A stretch of 63,915 nucleotides of DNA, the filler included, from Octopus bimaculoides (lineage: Eukaryota), in assembly GCF_001194135.2 (NCBI RefSeq). It is 5 parts of 4 records of this genome, joined end to end, with 100 filler letters (N's around TTAATTAATTAA, not from the genome) between each part and the next. Parts side by side here need not be neighbours in the genome. Positions count along the whole stretch, not along the records: positions 30,916 to 53,395 come from NC_068981.1; 4 more parts are not named here. One strand, written 5' to 3'. Made by a program: the position numbers and the translations under genes. The notes under the pieces were generated by a model, which was not told the DNA's origin, made no database searches, and was given only the letters and a program-made list of their open reading frames with translations. Shown piece by piece: positions 39,469-51,005 of the stretch (position 1 is its first letter; each line of letters starts with the position of its first letter).

Positions 39469-40284
39469 TGCGTGTGTGTGTGTGTGCGCGCGTGCGTGTG
39501 TGTGTGTGTGCGTGTATTTACTTAATCATTTCTACTTCTATTACATATTTTATTATTTTTACATAATTTTGTTTATTTAAAATGCGTTTATTCCAGAATG
39601 AAAATTTAAAATGTAACACATATATGTTTTTAGAAAAACGAATCAAAAGCGAAATGAACATACTTAATTATTTTCTGAACTTACTGACGCTCCCTAATGA
39701 GTTATGAATAATTAATAAGCAAAAAATATAACGATATTTTCCTTAATGAATAGTTCTGAATTTTAACCACATGTTACATCGATATGATCTCTAAAGTTTG
39801 TTTTTCTTATATTTTACGTCAATCTGTGTAATTTATTTATTTATTTATTTGCTTCTTGGAATCAACTTCTAAACTAGTGAGGAACATTTAGTTAGTAGCA
39901 TCCTAGAAACTGCAAAACAGATGTGTTTTCCTTAGTCGACTATAACGAATTTTTCTGGTCCCATAGGAGAGTGAAGCAAACAAAATTTTGTGTTTTTCCA
40001 CATCTAATTTTTGTCATGACAATATTTGTACACAAATTGTTGTCCTATCAGTTGAGTATCGAGCTGATTACATTAATTTACGAGGTTTCTATAGGAAAGA
40101 AATGAAGTTAGCTTTATTATGATTATAGTTCTAACTTTACGATACTGAGTCAGAGAAAGACAAGAAGGCAAGAAGATATTTTGCTGAAATGCAATGATGT
40201 AGAAGCAAAAAATTTTCGAGTTGAATATAGTTTGAACTATATCATTCGATAACAGGAGGTATGTTATTAGGTTATTAATCATTA

Positions 40285-40495
40285 TATTCCCACTGCTATA
40301 GACACAGGGCCTTATATTTTGAGGGAACGTGCTAATTGATTACATCGACACGAGCGTTCAACTAATACTTATTTTATAGACACTAAGGATGACTAATAAT
40401 GTCAACCTCGTCAGAATTTGAACTCAGAATGTATAGCCAGAAGAATTTGCGGTAAAGCATGTTGTCCGGCATGCTAACAATTCTGCCAGCTAACT
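40285..40495 (-). mobile_element. SINE family A
   Basis: gtcaacctcgtcagaatttgaactcagaatgt...gctaacaattctgccagc. Confidence 0.87.
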
Positions 40496-41711
40496 GAAGT
40501 ATGTAAGTAAGTTACACAGAGTCAATGAGGAAAATTTTTATTTACTCTGGTTTAGCTGAGCTTAGCCTAAATCACCAACATAAGAAGCGTCTGGATTATA
40601 CAGACAGGGTGAGATGTAATTGTTGATGCTGAGTTAACTTTATCGCAATGACCTTCAGAAATGCTGAACTCAGACGAGCGACAATAAACGAGCCGGATAG
40701 CCCAGCTATGAAATCATGTTTTGATTTTGTGTAAGAAGTTAACGAACAGAAATGAAAAACTGTATCCGCAAAATCTCCTTGCTGAAAACTTACGTCTTAT
40801 ATGCAGTGCTATTTCTATATACATACATTCATACAAACATACGTACATACATGTATGTATGTGTATGTGTATGTTTGTATGTATGTTTGTATGTATGTAT
40901 GTATGTATGTATGTATGTATGGATGGATGGATGGATATATATGTAGATATATGACAAATTCATACACCACTGGTTAGTTACATACACATATTTTTTGGTA
41001 TGTGCATNNNNNNNNNNNNNNNNNNNNNNNNNNNNNNNNNNNNNNNNNNNNNNNNNNNNNNNNNNNNNNNNNNNNNNNNNNNNNNNNNNNNNNNNNNNNN
41101 NNNNNNNNNNNNNNNNNNNNNNNNNNNNNNNNNNNNNNNNNNNNNNNNNNNNNNNNNNNNNNNNNNNNNNNNNNNNNNNNNNNNNNNNNNNNNNNNNNNN
41201 NNNNNNNNNNNNNNNNNNNNNNNNNNNNNNNNNNNNNNNNNNNNNNNNNNNNNNNNNNNNNNNNNNNNNNNNNNNNNNNNNNNNNNNNNNNNNNNNNNNN
41301 NNNNNNNNNNNNNNNNNNNNNNNNNNNNNNNNNNNNNNNNNNNNNNNNNNNNNNNNNNNNNNNNNNNNNNNNNNNNNNNNNNNNNTATATACATATGGCA
41401 GCTTTTATATGTATTTGTATATAAATCATAATATTTATATAGCAAGAGAAGCCTCTCCTGTAGACCTTGCCGGCCCTCCCAAACAGAACAGGTGAAGCCG
41501 GCGTGGTAGATGTCTAAGTAGTATTGGAATCTGTGGGAAAAAACTTGAAGAGGAAAGGACTTCCGCAGTTCCACGGAGACTGGACCAAATGTTGGGTACA
41601 TAATGTGGGGTTAATAAACAGTAAAGATGTTTAGAGTATGAGAAACGAGAGTAGGTGCCTCAGGTAAATACCGATGAAAACGGACGGAGAGAAGGCAGTA
41701 GTAGTAGTAGC

Positions 41712-41763
<52 letters not shown>

Positions 41764-42123
41764 AGGAGGAGGAGTGGGGGATTGATGGCGTGGAGAAACA
41801 GAACGTGAGCTGATTGATTGTCAAAAGCCTAACTTTGAATAAATCACAGGTGCGCAAATGTAATACTTAACTATAAGCAGCTCTATTGCTTTGCAAATTC
41901 TCAGCATCATTTCGAATAATAAAATATACCACGATTTAACTTAGGCAGCACTACTTTAACTATCTGCCTGGTGATATAGCCGTATATATATATATATACA
42001 CACTCACTGTCAATATTATTCATGTTAGAGGATAATAAATATGTACTTTACAAAAGTATGGAGAAGTCATTTAGAATCATCTTGACTATACATATATTCA
42101 TAAATATAGAGAACTGATGACCA

Positions 42124-42176
<53 letters not shown>

Positions 42177-42186
42177 NNNNNNNNNN

Positions 42187-42217
<31 letters not shown>

Positions 42218-42265
42218 ATCATATATATATATATTATATCTCTATATCTATATCTACATATATAT

Positions 42266-42297
<32 letters not shown>

Positions 42298-42708
42298 CGA
42301 GAAAGAAAGAGAGAGAGAGAAAGTTATACATATATATATATATATATATAGACAAAGAGATATCGGGATAGATAGATGTATGTGTGTGCATATATATGTA
42401 TACACGCGCATATGAGTTTATGTGAACGTGTATGTGAGGGAGTGTTTTATTTGCTTTTTTGTGTATATGCATGTGGACATAGATTGTATGTTTTATATGT
42501 ATGTAATTATATTAAAGCCATACCTCCATTCCATGTTTATTTAAACTAACAACTGGAAGTATGTAAGAAAAATCATATTGACTCATACGTCTCCTTTTAA
42601 CTGCACGTGTAGTTATGTAGTGTATGCATACATATATATTTTTACTGCGATGATTTTTTTTTCAGCAGCGTCGATATTTACAATTCTGTATATAATATAA
42701 TAATAGTA

Positions 42709-42936
42709 TTGGGTTGTCCGGAAAGTTCGTGCCGATTTTTAAAGGAAAGAAAAAGGTCAATAAATATTTGGCATTACATTTTTAATCAACCAAACATGAG
42801 CCATTTTGTTGAACAATGCGTCTCCCTCTTTCCTTTAACTTGAAAGTACCCTCTTCCCAAAATTGAGTTGGCTTCATGGCAAATAAGTCGAAAGTTAAGC
42901 TACTATAAACCAGCACGAAGTTTCCGGACAACCCAA
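42709..42936 (-). mobile_element. Mariner-derived MITE / internal deletion derivative
   Basis: TIR ttgggttgtccggaaagttcgtgc / gcacgaagtttccggacaacccaa; TA target duplication; minus strand FWEEGTFKLKERGRRIVQQNGSCLVD* resembles a mariner C-terminus. Confidence 0.88.
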
Positions 42937-43034
42937 TATTTTACAACCTTATAAGCAATCAACGCACAATGACTAAAGAAAATAGTCTAATAACAGGGTA
43001 TATAAGCCCTCGACGGAAAAAAAAAAGCAGGTTT

Positions 43035-43105
43035 TCCCGTCCGCGTGGGATGTGCACCCACACCTCTTTGTTCTCGCGACAAGTGTGCTACCATTTACAC
43101 TAACG
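43035..43105 (-). pseudogene. tRNA-like sequence (SINE head or tRNA pseudogene)
   Basis: tagtgtaaatggtagcac A-box-like and gtgggtgcacatcccac T-arm with a degraded B box. Confidence 0.45.
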
Positions 43106-44084
43106 TACAACCTACCGCCTTCCGTCAAATTTGAGAACTATAATTAGTTCGTAGTGTTGTTTTTCTAAACAGACTTTCATGCGCTTTTACTGCGATGGAT
43201 TTTGTTAAGCAGCGTCGGTGTTTACAATTCTGTAAATAATAGAATTTTATAAGCTTAAAGCTTATAAGCGATCAACGCACAATGACTAAAGAAAATAGTC
43301 TAATAATGGGGCCTCAACGGAAAAACGTAGGTTTTCCCGTAAACATACGAAAGAAGTGTATTACAAATTGTATACTAAGAAGGTATGACAATAAATATTT
43401 CAATGTTAAAAGTCCAGATTAGGCAAGCATTTTCTTCTCTCTAGCGTAAATACGCAATATAAATGGCCATATATATTTTGAAATCATTCGTTTATATCGT
43501 TACTTTAGAACTGGAATGGGAAGCACCTAATATGCAATACATTCGTAGGATTCAGCCTTACTTATTTACTAAAAGTACATGACTATAGATTATTTATTGT
43601 TTTATTTAAAAAAATTTTTCCACCCACTTTACTTCCTGAGTTCAAATTTCGCTGAAGTCGACTTTGCCTTTCGATATTATTCGTTTATTTCGTTCCTTTA
43701 GAGGTGCAATGGGAAACTACCAATATGTCGTTTATTCATAGGGTTCAACGTTTTTTATAGACTGAAAAGAAAGAAGAATTCATCGAATCACATGCACTCG
43801 GAACGTACCGAGACTCTTAATTCACACACAAATACAGACACATTCATATACACAGACATATATAGGTAAAAAGTAGATTGATTGGTAGGTAGATACAGAA
43901 AGAGATAGAGATGAACATATGAATATCCAATCTTCATAAACACTCACCAATGGTTGATGTTCCTATAAATATACATACATACATTCAAATACACAAATAG
44001 ACTTGTACAGGTTTCATAGAACAAACAGGGCGTAAAAACTCAAAATATGACTATAGATTTGGTTATAATTTTTCAGTCGAATTT

Positions 44085-44215
44085 ACGTTTTCAGGTCAAA
44101 TTCCGCCGAGGTTCACTTTGTCTTTCAACGTTTCAGGGTCGATACAAGTTGAGCGGTAGAGTCGATGTAATCGATCAGCCCTGCTCTTTCAAAATTCCCA
44201 GTCTTTTGCCATTGT
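44085..44215 (+). mobile_element. SINE family A fragment
   Basis: caggtcaaattccgccgaggttcactttgtctttcaacg. Confidence 0.75.
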
Positions 44216-44279
44216 TTGAGTGGATTATTTTCAAGAGGCTCATTCATGGCGCTTGTCAATTTTTCCTCCTATGTCATAT

Positions 44280-44319
<40 letters not shown>

Positions 44320-45462
44320 GTTTGTTTGCTTAAATATCTATAATAATACATACTTGTTTATTTACGCGCTGGTGGAAGCATGCGTTTGTGCTTGATGCGC
44401 ACACTCATGTGTGTGTATTGGTCTATATTCTACAAAACTCTAGGTAGAATGAAATTATCAATCATTGTCAATGTAAAATTATATTCTTGTCTAAGCGCTA
44501 GACATTCAACTTGTCAATGCCTTTGATTGCTTTCTGTATGTCTGTTTAACCGTTGATATTTAGCGAAGAGCTATATTTAATTTTCTCCCTGTTCATTTGT
44601 TATATATGTATTCATTTTTTTCTTGGCTTCTCTTCAACAGTTTTTCTTATTTTCTTTCAGTAGTGATACATCATCTATAATAGGACTGGTTGACGAATGT
44701 GAAGTTATACAGGTTCACATGCGATAACCGTATAATAAATAACTAAAAATTCAATCAATGAATAAAACATTCCTATAATTGGTGGAGATTATGAATTCCA
44801 TAATTTTTCATTAATTTTTTTTTTTTTTTTTTNNNNNNNNNNNNNNNNNNNNNNNNNNNNNNNNNNNNNNNNNNNNNNNNNNNNNNNNNNNNNNNNNNNN
44901 NNNNNNNNNNNNNNNNNNNNNNNNNNNNNNNNNNNNNNNNNNNNNNNNNNNNNNNNNNNNNNNNNNNNNNNNNNNNNNNNNNNNNNNNNNNNNNNNNNNN
45001 NNNNNNNNNNNNNNNNNNNNNNNNNNNNNNNNNNNNNNNNNNNNNNNNNNNNNNNNNNNNNNNNNNNNNNNNNNNNNNNNNNNNNNNNNNNNNNNNNNNN
45101 NNNNNNNNNNNNNNNNNNNNNNNNNNNNNNNNNNNNNNNNNNNNNNNNNNNNNNNNNNNNNNNNNNNNNNNNNNNNNNNNNNNNNNNNNNNNNNNNNNNA
45201 TATATATATATATATAAGGTCCAAGTTTCGAGGTGTAGGAAGTCGGTTAACTTCAAGCAATCCGTAGTAAATATGAAAACAATTTTCAGGGACAATAGCG
45301 GTTTATTGAGGCGGATGGTTGCGGATTTTGTTTTATCGAAGTATGATAAATTGAAAAAAGTTCATTATATTTAACAAGAGTTAAGGAATTGAGTAAATAA
45401 GATCTGGGGTACATAAGTTTCATAGCGAGTGGAACCTCGGAAGGGGTAAATATCCAAGCGAG

Positions 45463-45689
45463 GTGTATACCACAGATTACTTTTCAGGTCAAGGAAATCT
45501 TGATTAAAAGAAAGTTTACACTGTTGAAAGAAAGTACATGTTAACAGATGGACGATTCAATCAAAATATGTATGATTGAATCTGATTCTAATTGAATCTT
45601 CCATGTGGTAACATGTACCTCCTTGCGACAATGTAAACTGTTATTAAATCAAGATATCCTTGGCCTGAAGAGTAGCTTGTGGTATACAC
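45463..45689. repeat. About 100-bp inverted arms with a short spacer (fold-back)
   Basis: gtgtataccacagattacttttcaggtcaagg...gattcaat is the reverse complement of attgaatc...ccttggcctgaagagtagcttgtggtatacac. Confidence 0.85.
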
Positions 45690-45706
45690 TATGTTTCCTT
45701 TTATTA

Positions 45707-47290
45707 TGCAGGTCAATCATTCCTCAATAAAATCAAAACCCCCTTGCCCGATTTTCTTAAAATTTTTACAGGATAAGTAGGATTATGCACCCCATTTCTC
45801 ATTTTCTTTTCGTCTAAATCAGTGTACATTTAAAGCGGAAATGGAAAAAAGCACGTTTATAGGTTGCTTCTTTTTATTATCCAAGTTAACATGATACTGC
45901 TTTCCCGCATTTGATAAATGATTTTGAAATGGATTTTTTCTTAATTGCAGATAAAAGAAATATAGATATGGGTCGAAGTAAAGCTATAATATCCAAGGAG
46001 AAAAAAGAAATAGTGAACCTACTGGGAGAAGAGGGTACAACAATTGTAATTTCTAAAAAGCTAAATAGAGATCACAGAAGAATAAAAAACAGGTACAAAT
46101 CATTGAAAGAGTAAGAGTAAGGAAGGAACCGGTTTCAAGAACATCACAAATAGAGATAAGAGAAAACTCAAAAGAATTATGTGCAGGAAAAGTGGGTTAA
46201 CCAGTAGACAAATCTTTGAAGCAGGAATCTCTAACATACAAAGGAAAAAAAACGTTGCACAATACTAAAAGAAATAGGCAAAGTCATAAATTTCGCAAAA
46301 TTGCCTCCTTTAAATAAAGTACACAAAAAATGGAGTGATGTGGGCAAAAAATATATGAAGACAGACTCAACAAATGTAATTTTTACTGACGAGTGCAGAG
46401 CAACATTAGATGGACCTGATAGATGGGCAAGAGGCTGGGTATTGTATGGAGAAAGTCAACTAACACGATAACGAAGACAGCAGGGTGGTGAAAGAATCAT
46501 GTTTTGCGCTGGTATAGTTGGAGGAGACATTATAGGTTCATTTACGGTTGCAAATGAAGTAAAAATAAATGCTGAAAATTATTGCAAGTTTCTAAATGAT
46601 AACTTCTTCCAATGTTACAAGTCAGCATCGCGACGTTTCAAATTAAAGAGCATATTTATGCATGATAATGCCCCATCACACTCTGCCAAACTCGCTATTA
46701 ACCATTTAGCTAAGAAAGATTTCAAAGAACATAAGATAATGGAATGCACCCCACCAATCTCCTGATCTAAATCTAGTAGAGAATTTGTGGTCAATTATTA
46801 AAAAAAAAAAAATGATGTATACTCTAATGGGAAACAATATCCAAACAAGGAAGCAATAAACTACAGGAAGCAATAAAAACTGCTGCAAGTAATATTAAAA
46901 GTGAGATTGTTGAGAAATTGGCAAAATCAGTTGATGCGAGAATATTTAAAGTTATAGATGGTAAAGAAGGCTATATAAAGATGTAAAATATATGCATAGT
47001 TGTTTGTAAATATAATTATATGGTGGAAGATATACATATATATTAATGGTCGGCTTATGCATTGTTCTATATGAAAATCACATTAAATGTAGTTTATATA
47101 ATATTTAACTTGCATGCTAAAAAGAAACAAGTTATAAACGTGATTTTTTTCATTTCCGCTTTAAATATACACCAATTTAGACGAAAAGTACACAAGACAT
47201 TAGACACATAATCCTACATATTTCGTAAAAATTTCAAGAAAATCAGACACAGGGTTTTGATTTTATTGAGGAATGAATGATTGACCTGCA
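45707..47290 (+). mobile_element. Full-length decayed Tc1-superfamily transposon, DD37E (TRT-like)
   Basis: TIRs of about 170 bp beginning tgcaggtcaatcattcctcaataaaatcaaaaccc; TA on both sides; transposase motifs inside. Confidence 0.93.
45968..46986 (+). pseudogene. DD37E transposase pseudogene
   Basis: MGRSKAI... IFTDECRATLDGPD... RRQQGG... FMHDNAPSH... SPDLNLVENLW... GYIKM*; about 37 residues between D2 and E after correcting a frameshift; several stops and frameshifts. Confidence 0.9.
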
Positions 47291-47443
47291 TAATAAAAGG
47301 AAACATAATGCACGCCATATTTGGATATTTACGACTTACGAGGTTCCGCTCGCTATGAAATATATGTAGACCGGATCTTATCTACTCCATTCTTTAACTC
47401 TTCTATGTATGTATGTATGTATGTATGTATTTATGTAGATATG

Positions 47444-47508
<65 letters not shown>

Positions 47509-47620
47509 ATATAGATCNNNNNNNNNNNNNNNNNNNNNNNNNNNNNNNNNNNNNNNNNNNNNNNNNNNNNNNNNNNNNNNNNNNNNNNNNNNNNNNNNNN
47601 NNNNNNNNNNNNNNNNNNNN

Positions 47621-47653
<33 letters not shown>

Positions 47654-47785
47654 TATTTTGAGATCCAGGTAACCCAAAATGCAGGTAAAGCTATGTAAAT
47701 GCAACGGTAGAACCGCTGTTAAGTTCCCTGTTCAAAAATAGCATGAGTGAGGAGTCTAAGGCAGGTCATGTGTGAGCGTGTATTT

Positions 47786-48533
47786 GTTAAATAAAATAAG
47801 AAGGCCAAGGCAATTTGATATTCCTAAGACATTTATAAATAGAAAGTTTGTCTTAAAGCTGTTTCAAGGAAATAAATGATATCCCATCATCAGGCACGAG
47901 TTAAAAGACGTTCAATAAAAGGAATTAGTAGAGTTCATGTGTTTAGAAGAGGTTATTCTGGAGAGGGAGAGATATACAAAAAATTAGATATAATGCAGAC
48001 AGTATAAAAGGAAAATATGAAAATAAAAATACATGTTGAATGTTAAAGTTGCTGTTGCGTTATCCAAGATATGTATTATGCAGAATTACACATTCCCTTA
48101 CCAGTATAATTCCCAAAATTCATTTATACTACAAGATCTTTTTGAATGAACTACACACGGAATTAATATCTGCACACTATCAATTTGAAATAACAACATA
48201 TGAATTCTTATCGGACTTTAAACATTATGGACAAGAAGCCTCTTTACCTACATTTCTTGGATAACTGAACAGCAACTTTAACATCCAACATGTATTTTTA
48301 TTTTCGTATTTTCCTGTGATAGTTTCTGCATTATATCTAATTTCTTCTATATCACTCCCTCTCTAGAATAACCTCTTCTAAAAAAATGAACTCTACAAAT
48401 TCCTTCTATTGAAGCTCTTGTAACTCGTCTCTGATGATGGGACATCATTTATTTCCCTAAAACAGCTCTAAGACCACCTTTCTATTTATAAATATCCCAG
48501 GAATATCAAATTGCCTTGGCCTTGTTATTTAAC
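47786..48533. mobile_element. Penelope-like element with about 290-bp inverted arms, each carrying a hammerhead relic
   Basis: 47786-48075 is the reverse complement of 48249-48533; hammerhead-like motifs at 47850-47897 (-) and 48427-48474 (+); spacer gives LNIM..LYLHFL..LNSN resembling a GIY-YIG end. Confidence 0.8.
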
Positions 48534-48724
48534 GGACACACACATACACACGGAAATACACGTACACAAACACAAACATACACACAATTATGTATAAAGT
48601 CAAAAATGTCAGAAAAATATTTTGATGAACTTTTATTTAGCAATAAAACAATCCTAATATCACGACAAATTGTTTCGTAACTCAAAAACATGCAAATATC
48701 GTATTTAATACTAAAAGCACAATG

Positions 48725-48916
48725 CTTAAAATTTGGCGGGAGGTGACTAGTCAATTACATCGACCCAGTGATTCACTGGTACTTAATTTATCTAAACCCG
48801 AAAGGATGAAAGGCAAGGTTGACCTCGGTGGAATTTGAACTCAGAACGTAGCGACGGGTGGAATACCGCTAAGAATTTCGTCCAGCGTGCTAACAATTCT
48901 GCCAGCTCGCCGCCTT
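48725..48916 (-). mobile_element. SINE family A
   Basis: gaaaggatgaaaggcaaggttgacctcggtggaatttgaactcagaacgt. Confidence 0.92.
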
Positions 48917-49049
48917 CGCTTCCTTTATAATTATACTTCAGCAGATGGATAAACGATAGTAGCTATATTGTTTCTTGTTGCAGCATTTTTATTTCTGGTA
49001 GCTGTGGATTTTGACTTATTAATCATTTACGGGTCACTTGTCTTATGCT

Positions 49050-49230
<181 letters not shown>

Positions 49231-49899
49231 TTCGCATGACATACGTGTGTATGTTCTCTGCAACATTTTGTTCTGTGTCAATGAAAAAAGTTAATACAAC
49301 TTGTGAGTCCAAATCATCGTAGTTAACATTTAAAGACGACTTTCAAAACCACAGCTAATCACCGTACCTGCGTTGTAATTTGTAATGAATAGAATTACGT
49401 CATTGATAACTATATCCTCATTGTAAATTACAAAAAATACAACACCAATGACCTAGCGCGCCATCTATGCCAGAAAACAAAGGAAAATCTATGTTATCTC
49501 TTCACATTCTAGAAATTACAACCAAATCCCTTTAAATTACGAGTGTCGTGAAACAAAAGGCAAATTAGCCATTGTAGAGCAGATATGTACACAAAGATGC
49601 GCAGATCATGATGAAATGCCTTTGATCATTGATATACTTAACCAGAGCTGATATGGAGCTAGATAACATATGCTTTTTCTTAATATCTTATATAGTCCAC
49701 TTCATAATTTCGAGATTCATTTAGACGGCTTTTCGTTCGCAGAACTAATTCCCTCGTTTGTTTAATAATATTAAACATTCTCGTTTCCTTCCGTTTTACT
49801 GAGTAATTTATTTTGAAACATGTGGGTGTATATTCTCCATCCATCTTTATAGCCAAGTAACGCACACACTAATTAGCTACCGTTTCGTATATACAGGGT

Positions 49900-50282
49900 A
49901 GTGGAGGCGCAATGGCCCAGCGGTTAGAGCAGCAGACTCGCGGTCATAGGATCGCGGTTTCGATTCCCAGACCGGGGAAACACCTAAACGCTAAAACGCC
50001 TAAAAGCTCCAAGAGGCTCCGGCAAGGGATGGTGGCGAACCCTGCTGTACTCTCTCATCACAACTTTCTCTCACTCTTACTTCCTGTTTCTGTTGTGCCT
50101 GTAATTCAAAGGGTCAGCCTTGTCAAACTGTGTCACGCTGAATATCCCCGAGAACTACGTTAAGGGTACACGTGTCTGTGGAGTGCTCAGCCACTTGGAC
50201 GTTAATTTCACGAGCAGGCTATTCCGTTGATCGGATCAACTGGAACCCTCGACGTCGTAAGCGACGGAATGCCAACAACAAA
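49900..50282 (+). mobile_element. tRNA-derived SINE family C with 13-bp target-site duplication
   Basis: A box tggcccagcgg, B box ggtttcgattcc, (CAA) tail; gtatatacagggt at 49887-49899 and 50283-50295. Confidence 0.9.
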
Positions 50283-50289
50283 GTATATA

Positions 50290-51005
50290 CAGGGTGTTCA
50301 GCCTAAATGTCTCCTTTCAGAAACAGACCGATGCATTTAGAAAGAACAGTCAACGATGCTGGAGAGAATAAAGATTAAATTTGTTGTTGAGAAAAAGTTA
50401 ACTGAGTGGAAGTTATGTGAATATTGAAAAAGCATTACCTGTATTATGATGATTCGCGTTGAGTGTCAAGATGCCGACATCATGACTGTTGCTGGAAGCT
50501 CTATGAACACTATAAAGCCGTGACATGGACCTCGTGAAAAACAAGTTCCTCGAAACTACCATGGTTTTTGGGTGTCTCCAGTGAGAGTGACTTCAAGCCT
50601 CGCCTCATCTTTGACCATGCTCAATTCAAATGGTTATGTGAATCTGCTGGTGACTGAGATTATTCCTTTGCTGGAAAAGTTTCTTGGTGGAACATACGTG
50701 TAACAGCAAAATTCGGCTCATTGCTATAACTCCGTAAACAATAGGAAGTGGTTTTCGGAGAATTTCTGCGATTTCACTAGCTTTAATTTCTGGCCTCCTA
50801 ATTATACGAATTGTTTTCCGATAGATTATGTGTGGACGCGGTTCAGAAAATGAGAAAAAACACCAACCGCTCCGCCAGCTGGTGACCAAGATCAAGGTGT
50901 TCAAAGATCTTCTCAGTGACACAGTGAGAAACGCATACACAAGGTTCCGAATCCGTCTGAGGCCGTGGTGGCAGCTAAGGGAGGTTATTTTGAGTAAATT
51001 GCCAG
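50290..51005 (+). mobile_element. maT (DD37D) transposon relic
   Basis: TA|cagggtg left end; YV*QQNSAHC...WFSENFCDF...FWPPNYTNCFPIDY (37 residues between the decayed D and D)...EAVVAAKGGYFE*. Confidence 0.8.

Larger units (their letters stand above)
42640..43340. repeat. Tandem duplication; first unit is interrupted by the mariner MITE
   Basis: ttttactgcgatg...ttacaattctgta and cttataagc.atcaacgcacaatgactaaagaaaatagtctaataa each occur twice. Confidence 0.85.

Noticed and set aside
35514-39710. tagggagcg at about 35514 and its inverse at about 39700 as TIRs of a 4-kb element
   Set aside because: The match is only about 9 bp and does not extend
49900-49980. Possible functional tRNA gene
   Set aside because: The tRNA-like head continues into a SINE body with a tail and TSD, and no complete cloverleaf is evident
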